Shown here: positions 29,039-38,525 of the stretch, one piece after another | Position numbering within the stretch: position 1 is the first letter of the stretch | Layout: every line of letters starts with the position of its first letter | From: an uncultured Acidobacteriota bacterium | GTDB lineage: Bacteria; Acidobacteriota; Thermoanaerobaculia; UBA5066; Gp7-AA6 | Assembly: GCA_963825175.1 (NCBI GenBank) | Contig: CAWGSA010000002.1 | Span: 2,270,346-2,334,345 of the forward strand | Reading direction: 5' to 3' | Length of the DNA: 64,000 nt | Position numbers and translations under genes: made by a program | Notes under the pieces: generated by a model | Database searches by the model: none | Seen by the model: only the letters and a program-made list of their open reading frames with translations | What the model was told of the DNA's origin: nothing

Positions 29039-29805
29039 TCACCTGTAGGTGTCGCGCACCCGGCCGACGTCGAAGGCCACCTCGGTCCGGTGCACATGAA
29101 TTTCGCCAAACGCCACGGCTTGGAAGGCGCTCACGACCCCGAGCCGGATGAGCTCGAGCGTGGCCAGGAAGGCGGTGACGGCCTCCGCGCGGTACGCCAT
29201 GTGACCCAGAAACTCGAGCAGCGGCAGGTCGCGTCCCGATTCGTCCAGGCGCGCCACCAGATCGATCATCTTGTCCGCGACCGAGAAGCGCAGATGATGG
29301 ATCTCCATGGCCGGGGGGTGCGCCAGGCGATAGCGGTCGGTGACCTTGCGAAAGACGTCGATCAGGTCGAACAACGAGACTTCCAGAGTTTCGCCGTCGG
29401 CCGACCGCGGAATCTCCGTCGCCGGGCGCGGCCAAAGCCCCGCGCGCAGGTTGTCGATCTCGTGGAACGACTCGGCGGACTTCTTGTACCGCTCGTATTC
29501 CAGCAGGCGACGGGCCAGCTGCTGGCGCGGATCCTCCTCCGGCTCTCCCGGCGCGCGCGGCAGGAGCATCTTGGACTTGATGTAGATCAACTCCGCCGCG
29601 AGGGCGATGTAATCCGAGGCCACGTCCAGATCGAGCTCGCGCATGGCGTCGAGATAGCGGGTGTATTGCTCGGTGATCTCCGCCATCGGGATGTCGGTGA
29701 TCGAGACCTGATTGACGCGGATCAGGTGGAGCAGAAGGTCCAGCGGCCCGGAAAACGCGGCAATCTCGACGGGCGGGAGGGCGGACGGGGACTCGTCGTC
29801 GGTCA
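29039..29805 (-). CDS. scpA: Segregation and condensation protein A
   Basis: FSGPLDLLLHLIRVNQVSITDIPMAEITEQY is the kleisin ScpA N-terminus. I prefer the ATG near 29805. The track's upstream GTG at 29851 would read through the CGCCTCA repeat. Confidence 0.8.
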
Positions 29806-29820
29806 TGGACGGCGCGGGCT

Positions 29821-29850
29821 TCGCCTCACCCCTGACAGCTTCACGCCTCA
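29821..29850. repeat. Direct heptamer array (CGCCTCA)x2.5 plus degenerate units, the reverse complement of CGTGAGG
   Basis: tcgcctcacccctgacagcttcacgcctcacgcctcacga between the trpS stop and the scpA start. The trpS stop codon is inside it. The same unit occurs at 23274-23307 and 61699-61727. Confidence 0.6.
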
Positions 29851-29854
29851 CGCC

Positions 29855-30859
29855 TCACGATTCCGGGGCCAGCTTCACGGCGGCGCGCACTCTCTCCATC
29901 GTGTCCTCGGCCACGAGGCGCGCCTGCGCGTCGCCGGCATGGAGGACCTCCCCGACCACATTGCCGGAGGACGCCAGAAGCTCGGCGCGCTTCTGGCGGA
30001 AGCGCTCCAGCGCCGGGTTTAGATTCGAGATCAGGTGCTTCTTGCAGTCCACGCAGCCCCTGGCCGCGGTGCGGCATTCCTCGTCCACCACCCGGACCTG
30101 GTCACTCGGCGAATAGAGGACGTGAAAGGGAAACAGGTTGCAGTTGTCGGGATTGCCCGGATCCTGCCGGCGCGCGCGCGCCGGGTCGGTGACCATCGCC
30201 ATCACCTTCTGCGCCACCGACTCCGCCGGCTCGGTCACTCCGATGGTGTTGTTGTAGGACTTGGACATCTTGCGCCCGTCGACTCCGTTGATCCGCGGCG
30301 TGGGGGTGTACAGCGCTTTCGGCTCGGGAAAGACCTCGCCGTAGAGGCTGTTGAACCGCCGGATGATCTCCCGGCAGATCTCCAGATGACTGGCCTGATC
30401 TTCGCCGACCGGCACGTGCTGCGCCCGGTACAGCGCGATGTCCGCCGTCATCAGGACCGGATATCCGAGAAACCCGTGCGTTCCGAGATCCCGGCTGCGA
30501 AGCTGTTCGATCTGGTCCTTGTAGGTCGGAACCCGCTCGAGCCATCCGAGCGGCGTGATCATGGAGAAATAGAGCGCGAGCTCCGCGTGCTGGGGAACGC
30601 GGGACTGAAGGAAGATCGTCGCCTTGCCGGGGTCGAGTCCAACCGCCAGCCAGTCCAGGACCGCGTCCCGCGTGTACATCGCCAGGGACGCGGTGTCGGC
30701 GTAGTCGGTGGTCAGGGCATGGAGGTCGGCGACGAAGAAAAAGCACCGGTACTCGCCGCTGTTCTGGAGGTCGACCCAGTTCTTCACCGCCCCGAAATAG
30801 TTGCCCAGGTGCACCCGCCCGGTCGGCCGCAGCCCGGAGAGAACGACGCGGTCGGTCAC
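29855..30859 (-). CDS. trpS: Tryptophan--tRNA ligase
   Basis: SGLRPTGRVHLGNYFG (HIGH) and KMSKS are present. 334 aa. Confidence 0.9.
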   Translation of the reverse strand: MTDRVVLSGLRPTGRVHLGNYFGAVKNWVDLQNSGEYRCFFFVADLHALTTDYADTASLAMYTRDAVLDWLAVGLDPGKATIFLQSRVPQHAELALYFSMITPLGWLERVPTYKDQIEQLRSRDLGTHGFLGYPVLMTADIALYRAQHVPVGEDQASHLEICREIIRRFNSLYGEVFPEPKALYTPTPRINGVDGRKMSKSYNNTIGVTEPAESVAQKVMAMVTDPARARRQDPGNPDNCNLFPFHVLYSPSDQVRVVDEECRTAARGCVDCKKHLISNLNPALERFRQKRAELLASSGNVVGEVLHAGDAQARLVAEDTMERVRAAVKLAPES

Positions 30860-31519
30860 GACAGGATCCGCTGGAGAAGAGCGCTGACCACGGCGAACAC
30901 CGGACCGAGGATCCTTCCGAGAATCCCGGTGGCGGACAGCATGACCAGGATGAGGAACCCGAAGGGAGCGAGGGAGTTGAACACTCGGCGCGCACCGGAT
31001 CCGAGGATCGACGCCAGGACCCCGCTGCCGTCGAGCGGCGGGATCGGGATCAGGTTGAAGATGGCCAGGCTCAGGTTGACCCGCAGGAACGCCAGCGCGA
31101 CCTGCAGGAGCGGCGCCCCGACGGTGTCGGCCAGCGTCGTGTGGGAGCCGACCCGGCTGATGACGATCAGCGCGACCACGGCGAAGGCGGCCAGTAAGAA
31201 GTTCGACGCCGGGCCGGCGGCGGAGACGACGAAGTCGGCGAGTCGGGGATTCTTGGTGTTGCGCAGGTCGACCGGCGTCGGCTTGGCGTATCCGAAGATC
31301 AGGCCCGAGGTCATGTACAGGAGAATCGGAAGGAGGATCGACCCGAAGGGATCGATGTGGCGGATGGGATTCAAGCTGATCCGCCCCTGGTCCCTGGCCG
31401 TCGTGTCCCCCAGCAGCAGCGCGGCAAGCGCGTGGGCCGACTCGTGGAACGAGATGGCGAAGAGAATGACCGCCAGCTGGATCGTGAAGTCGAGAACCTT
31501 GGCCGCGTTGAATCCCAAA
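30856..31519 (-). CDS. Site-2 protease (M50) family membrane metalloprotease
   Basis: HESAHAL (HExxH) and NLIPIPPLDGS (LDG). It overlaps the trpS start. Its own start is uncertain; I infer a TTG near 31519, because the track ORF over-extends to 32076. Confidence 0.65.
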
Positions 31520-31583
31520 GCGACGGGACTATATCGGAATGGGCCGGTTTCGGGCAGAAGCCGCGATCCGCCAGCACGAGGAT

Positions 31584-32200
31584 CTACTTCGCGGACGCCT
31601 CGTCGCGCACGTCGGGCAACTTCAGGGTCCGCCGCAAGGCCCGGAAATACTGAACGGGCTCCTCCCGCCAGGCCTTCTCCTCGATGGAGGCCGGGAACCG
31701 GCCGCCGAGCTCGCCCAGATACGTGTACGTCACACGGCACCGGTTGTCGCGCAGCGGCTCGACGAGCGTCTCGCCCGAGACCTTTTCGATCCGGACTCCT
31801 TCGTGCGGGTCCCCGGGTTTGGCGTCGGCTTCCCACGAAAGCACGAACCGTCCTCCCTCCTCGCTCCGGCCGCGGTAACGGATCACCGCGTCGCGGTTGC
31901 GCAGCGGAAAGGGGTACGGCCATACGACGTGAAGCCGCGCCGCGGCGTCCCGCTCCTCCAGGACCCGAGCGGTCTTCAGGGCCGGGGCGAAGATCTGTTT
32001 GTATCTTCCGTAGTCGGTCAACACCCGTTCCACCGCCGTGGACGGGGTGGCCAGCTCCGCCGATCCCCGCACCCATGGGGCGGAACCGGGCATCCGCGCG
32101 ATCTCGACCTTCACCCCCCTCGAAACGAACCAGCTCTCGAAGCGCGAGCCGGCCGGGGCCCCCGCCAGGCCGAGGAGAAACGGGAGGACCGCCAGGACGC
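31584..32200 (-). CDS. SRPBCC/START-like (polyketide cyclase fold) probable secreted or lipoprotein
   Basis: RVLTDYGRYKQIFAPALKTARVLEERD..RLHVVWPYPFPLRNRDAVIRY..VSGETLVEP..CRVTYTY fits the Bet v1-like fold. A hydrophobic leader VLSVLAVLPFLLGLAGAPAGS lies upstream. The start codon is unresolved. Confidence 0.45.
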
Positions 32201-32620
32201 TCAGGACGCCCGCCGCGCGAGAAGAAGGAGCGCCACCGACGCCGCCACCAGGACCAGATCTTCGGCCACCGTCCCCCAACCGAGGGGGCGCGCCAGGAAG
32301 ACGCCGAAGCAGCCGCAGTTGGCCAGCTTCAAGCCCCGCTCGATCGCCGCGGCGGACCAGGTCGCATAAGCCAGGTGCGCGGCCGTCGAGGTGAGCGCCG
32401 ACGCCACCAGCGCCCGGCCGCTGAAGAGCCACATCGCCAGCACGAGCTCCGCGATGGGGATCAAGACGGCGAGCGGCCGAAGAGACGCCTCCGGAAGAGC
32501 CCGGTATGTCCCGAGCACGCGAGCGAAGCCGCCGACGTCGAGCAGTTTCCCGACGGCCGTGGCGAGCAGGATCACCCCAATCGCCACCCGCAGGAATGCC
32601 GCCGCTCGCCTCCTCCCCAT
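32201..32620 (-). CDS. MauE/DoxX-like small membrane protein
   Basis: Four TM helices with CGCFG (LANCGCFGVF), typical of the MauE/DoxX family. Confidence 0.5.
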   Translation of the reverse strand: MGRRRAAAFLRVAIGVILLATAVGKLLDVGGFARVLGTYRALPEASLRPLAVLIPIAELVLAMWLFSGRALVASALTSTAAHLAYATWSAAAIERGLKLANCGCFGVFLARPLGWGTVAEDLVLVAASVALLLLARRAS

Positions 32621-32677
32621 GTCAGTCCGGCTCGAGCGCCCGCCGCGCGGCGAGATCCCGATTAACCCCGAGCCGCG

Positions 32678-33439
32678 TCACTGGGCATTGAGCGTCCAAT
32701 CGTACGGGATGAATTCGACCTTCCAATCGGCGGGGATCTTGTCGTCGCGGTACTGGTTGACGTACGCGATGAGGGAAGGCGCTTTCTGGGTGAAGTCCCC
32801 GGTATAGAACTGGAGGATCTGCGACAGATGGACGGTCTGCTTGTCGGGCTCGAGCCGGACGTTGCGCTCCTCGTTGTAGAACTCCCTGGCCTGCCGGTCG
32901 AGTTGCTGGTCCAGCTTGTCCGCTTCGAACGCCTCGCGCGGGAGGCGGGGACAGCCGCGGGCCATGCAGTTCAAGGCCACGTGGACGCGGGGATCTCCCA
33001 TCGGGCGGACGACCTTGTTCTCGAGCTCGTACAGAGACAGGGAGCGGCCCCCGATCTCGAACCGGTTCTTGTAGAAGAAGGTGACCTTGACCTTGTCGAG
33101 GTTGGCCGGAAAATCCGATTTCAGGACGTCGTACATGGCGACCGCGTTGTAGGTGTTGATGTCGTACGCGAGCTTCGAGGCCGGGGTGGAGAAAGAGGGA
33201 GGGTCCGACTCCGGGCCCACCCTCGCCGCCCAGGCCAGATAGGCGTTCAGGCTGGCCGGGTCCTTGGCCATCCCGCGGAAGTCCATGCGTCCTTTGTCAT
33301 CGACGAACCGGGAAAGATGATCGGCCCACGCCTTCTGGGGCGAGGCGCCGGCCGAAGGGGCGGCCTGGGGAGGCGCGATCCGCACTGCGCAGGCGCAGGC
33401 GAAAGCCAGGAAGGCAACGAGGCGGAGAATCTTGTTCAT
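32678..33439 (-). CDS. DUF547-domain secreted protein
   Basis: Signal peptide MNKILRLVAFLAFACACA. DUF547 signature YNAVAMYDVL...HVALNCMARGCPRL. Confidence 0.7.
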   Translation of the reverse strand: MNKILRLVAFLAFACACAVRIAPPQAAPSAGASPQKAWADHLSRFVDDKGRMDFRGMAKDPASLNAYLAWAARVGPESDPPSFSTPASKLAYDINTYNAVAMYDVLKSDFPANLDKVKVTFFYKNRFEIGGRSLSLYELENKVVRPMGDPRVHVALNCMARGCPRLPREAFEADKLDQQLDRQAREFYNEERNVRLEPDKQTVHLSQILQFYTGDFTQKAPSLIAYVNQYRDDKIPADWKVEFIPYDWTLNAQ

Positions 33440-33455
33440 GGCTCTCCTCGCTGGA

Positions 33456-34718
33456 TCATTGAAGAACGGGAAGGGCGGAGCCGGACAGCGGATTCCAGAG
33501 GCGCCGCCCCTCTCCCGTGTCGAGCGTGATCGGTTTCAGGATGAACTCGTCGCGGCGGGCGTTGTGGGCGCACATGGAGATCGGCCCGTCCGCGGTCATG
33601 ACCATGAAAGAGCAGGCGTGCACCCGCTCGGGGTCGAGCGCCGTCGCGTCCATGAAATTCTGGACGAAGAAGGAGAGCTTGTGGACTCTCCCGCGCGCCG
33701 CCAGCAGGTCCCGCCGCATCTTCCAGAGCTTCGGGAGGAAGAACTTCGCGGAGCGGACCAGCCAGCTCGGCCGGCGCAGGGCTTCGCGGACCAGGGCGCT
33801 CACGGCCGCCCGCGGCGAGCGGCGATCGAGCATCACGTGCTCGAAGTCCACCAGGAACCGGTTGAAGAACTCCGCGTCGTCGTTCAGGTCGTACAGCCGG
33901 CCATTGGCCGCGAGCGTGATTCCGATGCGGTGACAGTCCGGATGTCCGATCAGGATCGTGTCCCACGAGATCGGCGTCTCCGCGCCCTCGCAGATCTTGG
34001 CGCGGACGGTCGCGAGCGAGATCACCCGGTCCCGCTCGCGCAGGATCCCGCGCCCCGTGTCGGCCTGGAGCTGGAACGACCCCATGCCCACGACGTCGGC
34101 ATGGCGCCGGAAGAATCGGATCAAGTCAGGGATCTCCTCGAAGTTCTCGCGGCACACCGTCGTATTGAAGATCACCGCGATCGGCAGGCCCCGGGCCCGC
34201 TCGATGTACTCGCGGCGAACGGCGTTCAAGTCCTCCTCCGTGGCGTAGCCCTTGCGCTCCTGGGTCACGTCGACGTGAAACGCCACGTCGTTCAACCCGG
34301 CCCGTGAGAGCTCCTGGAGAAGGTCCCGCGTGGCCTTGATGCCGTTGGTCATGAGAGTGGGGAGCATTCCCCGGTCGCGGACGCGGCGCACGATCGCGAC
34401 GAGTTCGGACCTCTCCCGCAGGGTCGGGTCGCCGCCGGTGATCTGCACGGACGTTGGGGCTCCGAACTGCGCCTGGATCGCATCGATCCGCCGGAACACT
34501 TCGGGCAGCGGGAGGTCCTTGACTCTCTCCGAGTTCTCCGAGAGGTAGCAGAGGGTGCAGTCGAGGTTGCACCGCTGCGTGATCTCGAGCGCGACGCATC
34601 CGATCGCATTGCGGCGGCCCAGGACCTGGTTGTCTCGAAAGTGCTCCCCCATCCGAAGACGGGTCGCCCCCAGGGCCTGTGCGCGGTTCTCGCTCTCTGC
34701 GACGGGTACACGGCTCAT
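33456..34718 (-). CDS. Radical SAM enzyme (CxxxCxxC), subfamily unassigned
   Basis: ITQRCNLDCTLCY cluster, a glycine-rich SAM motif ITGGDPTL, and a C-terminal Cys pair CSFMVMTADGPISMC. RBS GGAGGATGAGGAGGGG precedes the ATG. Confidence 0.8.
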   Translation of the reverse strand: MSRVPVAESENRAQALGATRLRMGEHFRDNQVLGRRNAIGCVALEITQRCNLDCTLCYLSENSERVKDLPLPEVFRRIDAIQAQFGAPTSVQITGGDPTLRERSELVAIVRRVRDRGMLPTLMTNGIKATRDLLQELSRAGLNDVAFHVDVTQERKGYATEEDLNAVRREYIERARGLPIAVIFNTTVCRENFEEIPDLIRFFRRHADVVGMGSFQLQADTGRGILRERDRVISLATVRAKICEGAETPISWDTILIGHPDCHRIGITLAANGRLYDLNDDAEFFNRFLVDFEHVMLDRRSPRAAVSALVREALRRPSWLVRSAKFFLPKLWKMRRDLLAARGRVHKLSFFVQNFMDATALDPERVHACSFMVMTADGPISMCAHNARRDEFILKPITLDTGEGRRLWNPLSGSALPVLQ

Positions 34719-34873
34719 CGCCCCTCCTCATCCTCCAAAATGGTCAGAACCGGTGGACCGGACCGGGTTGCTCTTCGGAGATCATACGGGAAACGGATGT
34801 GCATGGATCTCGAGGCTTTTGCCGCTCGCCGGTCCCCGTGGGACCGCGCCGGGGCCCCTCGGGCCTTGCGGGC

Positions 34874-34899
34874 GAAACCTCCGGCCTCCCCCGACGTCT
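34874..34899 (+). promoter_or_regulatory. Candidate ECF-type promoter GAAAC-N16-CGTCT upstream of the ECF sigma gene (autoregulation)
   Basis: The -35 AAC and -10 CGTC core with 16-nt spacing is characteristic of group IV sigma promoters. It lies about 25 nt upstream of the ATG at 34924. Confidence 0.4.
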
Positions 34900-34923
34900 C
34901 CCTCTTTGCCGTGCCGAGCGGAC

Positions 34924-35509
34924 GATGATGAGGCCGGGAGCGGGAGCGGAGGACCGGGCGCTCCTCGAGCGGGTCCGCCGTGGCGACACGGACGGAGCGG
35001 CGGAGCTCTTCGACCGCTACGCCCCGGCCCTGTTGCGCTTCGCGGACCGTCTCCTGTCGGACCGGAGCACGGCGGAAGAGGTGACCCAGGAGGTCTTCGT
35101 CAAGGTGATATCCCGAGCCCATCAATACGACGGCCGCGCGGAAGTGGCCTCCTGGCTCTTCGCCATCGCCGCCAACGCCTGCCGGGACCGACGGCGGCGC
35201 GACCGCCGGGCCACGGTTGTGCCGCTCGACGCCGTCGCGGAGCCGGCGGACGCCCCGAAGGGAGAGGGGGTTCTGGGCCGTATGGTGGAGCGCGAGAAGC
35301 GCGATGCCGTCCGCCAGGCCCTCGCGCTCCTCTCGGAGGAACAGCGGGAGGCCCTCATCCTGGCGCGCTACCAGGGACTCCCCTATGCCGAGATCGCCCG
35401 CATCCTCGGGATCTCGGTTGGAGCGGTCAAGACACGCATCTTCCGGGCCGTCGAGACGCTCAAGGCCCGTTTCTCGGAAGGAGAAGCCTCATGGAATGCC
35501 GCGAATTGA
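34924..35509 (+). CDS. ECF (group IV) RNA polymerase sigma-70 factor
   Basis: Region 2 LLERVRRGDTDGAAELFDRYAPALLRFA..EEVTQEVFVKV and region 4 YQGLPYAEIARILGISVGAVKTRIFRA. The true ATG is at 34924, inside the longer track ORF. Confidence 0.85.
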
Positions 35510-36417
35510 TCGAACGCGCGGTCGGGCTGTGGACGGGCGAGCTGGATGAGCCCGACCGAAGGGAGCTCGAGCAGCACCGCCTCTCCTGCTCCGCCTGCCG
35601 GCTGGAGCTCTCGAGACTGGAAGAGACCTGGGCCGCGCTGCTCGCCGATCCGGACGCCGACGTCACGGCCGACTTGCGCCGGCGCACACTCGAGCTGATG
35701 GAGGACGAGATGACGCGCCGGCGCATCCGCGCCTTCCGGCCTCGCCGGCGCTGGATGGGTCCGGTGGCGCAAGCAGCCGCGGTCCTTTTGGCGGCGGGAG
35801 CGGGTTGGCTGGCTCACCGGCCGGCTGCACCGGCCCCGACGCCGGTCCTCGGAGCCGCCGCCTCGACGCCGGGTCCGGCTTCGGGCGTTTTGTCCAACGT
35901 CTCCTACCGGCCCACCGACCAGCAGGGGAAGGTCGCCGTCTCTTTCGACGTGACCTCGCACCAGACGGTCGTGGGACGACCCGAGGACCCGGCGATGACC
36001 AACCTCCTCGCCTATCTCGTCTCGCGGGGAGCCCAGACCTCCGGAGAGAAATCCCAGGCCATCGAGCTCGTCTCCTCCCACTACGGGACGGGGACCGCGC
36101 CGGTCTCGCCCGAGATCGTCCGCGCGCTGACCGTGACCCTGAAGAAGGATCAGAACCCGGGCGTGCGCAAGAAGGCGGCCGATGCGCTGGCCGGCTTTCC
36201 CGTCACGGCGGAGATCCGCGCGGCGTTCCTCGACGCGCTCCAGACCGATCGCAACCCGGCCGTGCGGCTGGTCGCCGTCGACGCGCTGGCCGCGGCGGCC
36301 AAGCAATCCCCCGATCCGCGCACGATCGAGTCGCTGCGGGAAAAGGCGTCGGATCCCTCGGAGAACGGCTTCGTCCGCGCCAAGGCGGCGTCGGCCCTGA
36401 AGGGGATGGAGTTTTGA
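35491..36417 (+). CDS. Anti-sigma factor (ZAS-type zinc finger, one TM) with C-terminal HEAT/PBS-lyase repeats
   Basis: HRLSCSACRLELSRLEE (HxxxCxxC), TM MGPVAQAAAVLLAAGAGWLA, then repeated ...NPGVRKKAADALAG..DRNPAVRLVAVDALA..ENGFVRAKAASAL. It overlaps the sigma gene by 19 nt. Confidence 0.7.
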   Translation: MECRELIERAVGLWTGELDEPDRRELEQHRLSCSACRLELSRLEETWAALLADPDADVTADLRRRTLELMEDEMTRRRIRAFRPRRRWMGPVAQAAAVLLAAGAGWLAHRPAAPAPTPVLGAAASTPGPASGVLSNVSYRPTDQQGKVAVSFDVTSHQTVVGRPEDPAMTNLLAYLVSRGAQTSGEKSQAIELVSSHYGTGTAPVSPEIVRALTVTLKKDQNPGVRKKAADALAGFPVTAEIRAAFLDALQTDRNPAVRLVAVDALAAAAKQSPDPRTIESLREKASDPSENGFVRAKAASALKGMEF

Positions 36418-36447
36418 GGTCCTGCGATTCGGGAACGGAGTAACTTC

Positions 36448-38430
36448 GTGAGCACCGTCGCGTCTCTCTCGACGATGAAGATCCAAACGACTCCGCGCGG
36501 GCAGGCCGCATCCGACCGCCCGGCCCTCTGGCTCGCGCTCCTGGCGGGTCTCATCCTGATGGCCATCGCCGCCGCGGCCCGCTCCGAGGTCGGAGGCTTC
36601 CAGGCCCGGCGGACCGAGAACTTCACTGCGACGCTCGCTTCCGGCGCGACGCTCAAGGTCGAGAACGTCTCCGGGGACATCGTGGCAAAGCCGGGCCGCG
36701 CGTTTGCGGCCGTCGTCACCATCGTGGTGACAGCGCCGACTCAGAAGGAAGCCGAGGAGCTCCTGTCCGCCACGCGCGTCACCCAGTCGCGGGAAGGAGA
36801 CGACGTTTCCCTGGAAACACACTGGCCGGGATCGGACGAACGGCACGTTCGGGGATCGCGCTCCTGGGTCACGCGCCAGATCCACCCGCTGCCGTGCCGG
36901 CAGTGCCGCATCACGGCTCAGTACGAGCTGACCGTTCCGCCTGGAATCCGGACGGCGCTCAACAACGTCAACGGCGACGTCCGGGCCGACGATCTCGACG
37001 CCGACCTGAGCCTCCAGACGGTCAATGGCGCCGTGTCCGTGCGCGGGGCGCGCCGGTCGGTCACCGCCCACAGCGTCAACGGCAAGGTGAATCTCGTTTC
37101 CCGGAGTCTTCCGCCGGCGGCGCGGATCGACCTCAAGACCGTCAACGGCGCGGTGCTCGCGACCCTGCCCCGCGAGGCGAAGTTCCAGCTGTCGGCTTCG
37201 TCCATGAACGGGGTCATCGCGTCCACCTTCGCATTGCCCCCGCGCGCCGAGACCGACGCCGACGAGGTCATCGCTCCGCGGCCGGTCGTGGCGCCGAATC
37301 CTCCCCGCACGCCCAGGGCCCCGCGCCGGATCGTCATCGAGAAGGACGGCGACGAAGACGACGTGGTGGTCGACTTGAAGGAGCTCGAGAAAGAGCTCGA
37401 GGAATCGATGCGCGAGGTCGACGTGGAGGTGCAGAGAAACGTCCGGGGAGTCGACCGCCAGGTGCGCCGGATGCGGATTCTTCCCGGAGGCGACTACACC
37501 GGCTCGATCGGGCAGGGCGGAGCGGCCGTGCACGCGTCGACGTTGAACGGCTCGATCACCGTGCTCGCCAGTGGCACCGTCGAAAACGAGGCGAAGGTCC
37601 TGGTGTCCCCCCGGCGGTCATTCTCCGTCGAGGTGCCGCGCGTGCCGATGCCGCACGTCGAGGTGAGGATTCCTCGGATCGAAGTGAGGGCTCCGCGCGC
37701 CATCATTCCGCGCACGCTCGTCCGGGTCGAGTCCGGCCTGCCGGGAGCGGAGGACGAAGTGGTGCGGGGCGACGTGGCCGGCGACTTTCTGGCCACTTCC
37801 GGCAGCGGAAGCTATCGGATCGGAAACGTGACGGGCCGGGTGAAGGTCCTGACCCAGGCCGGCGAGATTCATGTCGGCTCCATCGGCGCAGGCGCCGAGC
37901 TGAAGACCTACGGGGGCGACATCACGATCGGGCCGGTCCATGGAGACCTGAAGGCTCTGACCATGGCCGGCGACGTGCATGCCGGCGCCGTCACGGGCTC
38001 CGCGACGGTCGACACGTCCGGCGGCGACGTCCGCATCGAGCGCATCGGCGGAGCGGCCGACGTCCGCACCGGAGGCGGGGACATCGTGCTGCCGGCGGTG
38101 GCCGGAGCCGTCGAAGCCCACAGCAGCGGCGGCGACGTCCGCGTGGATCTCGTCTCGCGGGATCCCCGGGGTCCCATCGTGATCCACAACGGCGGCGGGG
38201 ACGTGACCCTGACCCTGCCTCGCGACATGCGCGCGGACGTCGAGCTCGACGTGACCGATTGCGGCGACCCGGGGGACAGTTTCATACGATCGGACTTTCC
38301 CGAAATCTCGGTGCTGCGGCGCAGCGACTCGGCCCACGCTTCGGGCGCCTTGAACGGCGGCGGCACCCGCGTCCTCGTGCGCACCAGCTCCGGAACGATC
38401 CGCATCCGCAAGGGGCCGGCCTCGCAATAG
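36448..38430 (+). CDS. DUF4097-type (putative adhesin / beta-helix repeat) protein with N-terminal TM anchor
   Basis: Many repeats of (T/S)xNGxV, (S/T)GGDV, GDV..R..G across 660 aa. The third-position GC bias supports this frame over the antisense ORFs. This is a common third gene of ECF/anti-sigma modules. Confidence 0.6.
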   Translation: MSTVASLSTMKIQTTPRGQAASDRPALWLALLAGLILMAIAAAARSEVGGFQARRTENFTATLASGATLKVENVSGDIVAKPGRAFAAVVTIVVTAPTQKEAEELLSATRVTQSREGDDVSLETHWPGSDERHVRGSRSWVTRQIHPLPCRQCRITAQYELTVPPGIRTALNNVNGDVRADDLDADLSLQTVNGAVSVRGARRSVTAHSVNGKVNLVSRSLPPAARIDLKTVNGAVLATLPREAKFQLSASSMNGVIASTFALPPRAETDADEVIAPRPVVAPNPPRTPRAPRRIVIEKDGDEDDVVVDLKELEKELEESMREVDVEVQRNVRGVDRQVRRMRILPGGDYTGSIGQGGAAVHASTLNGSITVLASGTVENEAKVLVSPRRSFSVEVPRVPMPHVEVRIPRIEVRAPRAIIPRTLVRVESGLPGAEDEVVRGDVAGDFLATSGSGSYRIGNVTGRVKVLTQAGEIHVGSIGAGAELKTYGGDITIGPVHGDLKALTMAGDVHAGAVTGSATVDTSGGDVRIERIGGAADVRTGGGDIVLPAVAGAVEAHSSGGDVRVDLVSRDPRGPIVIHNGGGDVTLTLPRDMRADVELDVTDCGDPGDSFIRSDFPEISVLRRSDSAHASGALNGGGTRVLVRTSSGTIRIRKGPASQ

Positions 38431-38502
38431 CCTGGGACAGGCCCTGCGCCCGATCCCGTCACCAGCGCCAAACCCGACCGGCACGCTCTGAGGCCCGATT
38501 CC

Positions 38503-38520
38503 GGGTCCGCGGGGTCCGCG
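38503..38520. repeat. Tandem 9-mer (GGGTCCGCG)x2 between convergent genes
   Basis: ccgggtccgcggggtccgcggacgg lies in the 95-nt gap between the DUF4097 stop and the epimerase stop. Confidence 0.4.
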
Positions 38521-38525
38521 GACGG

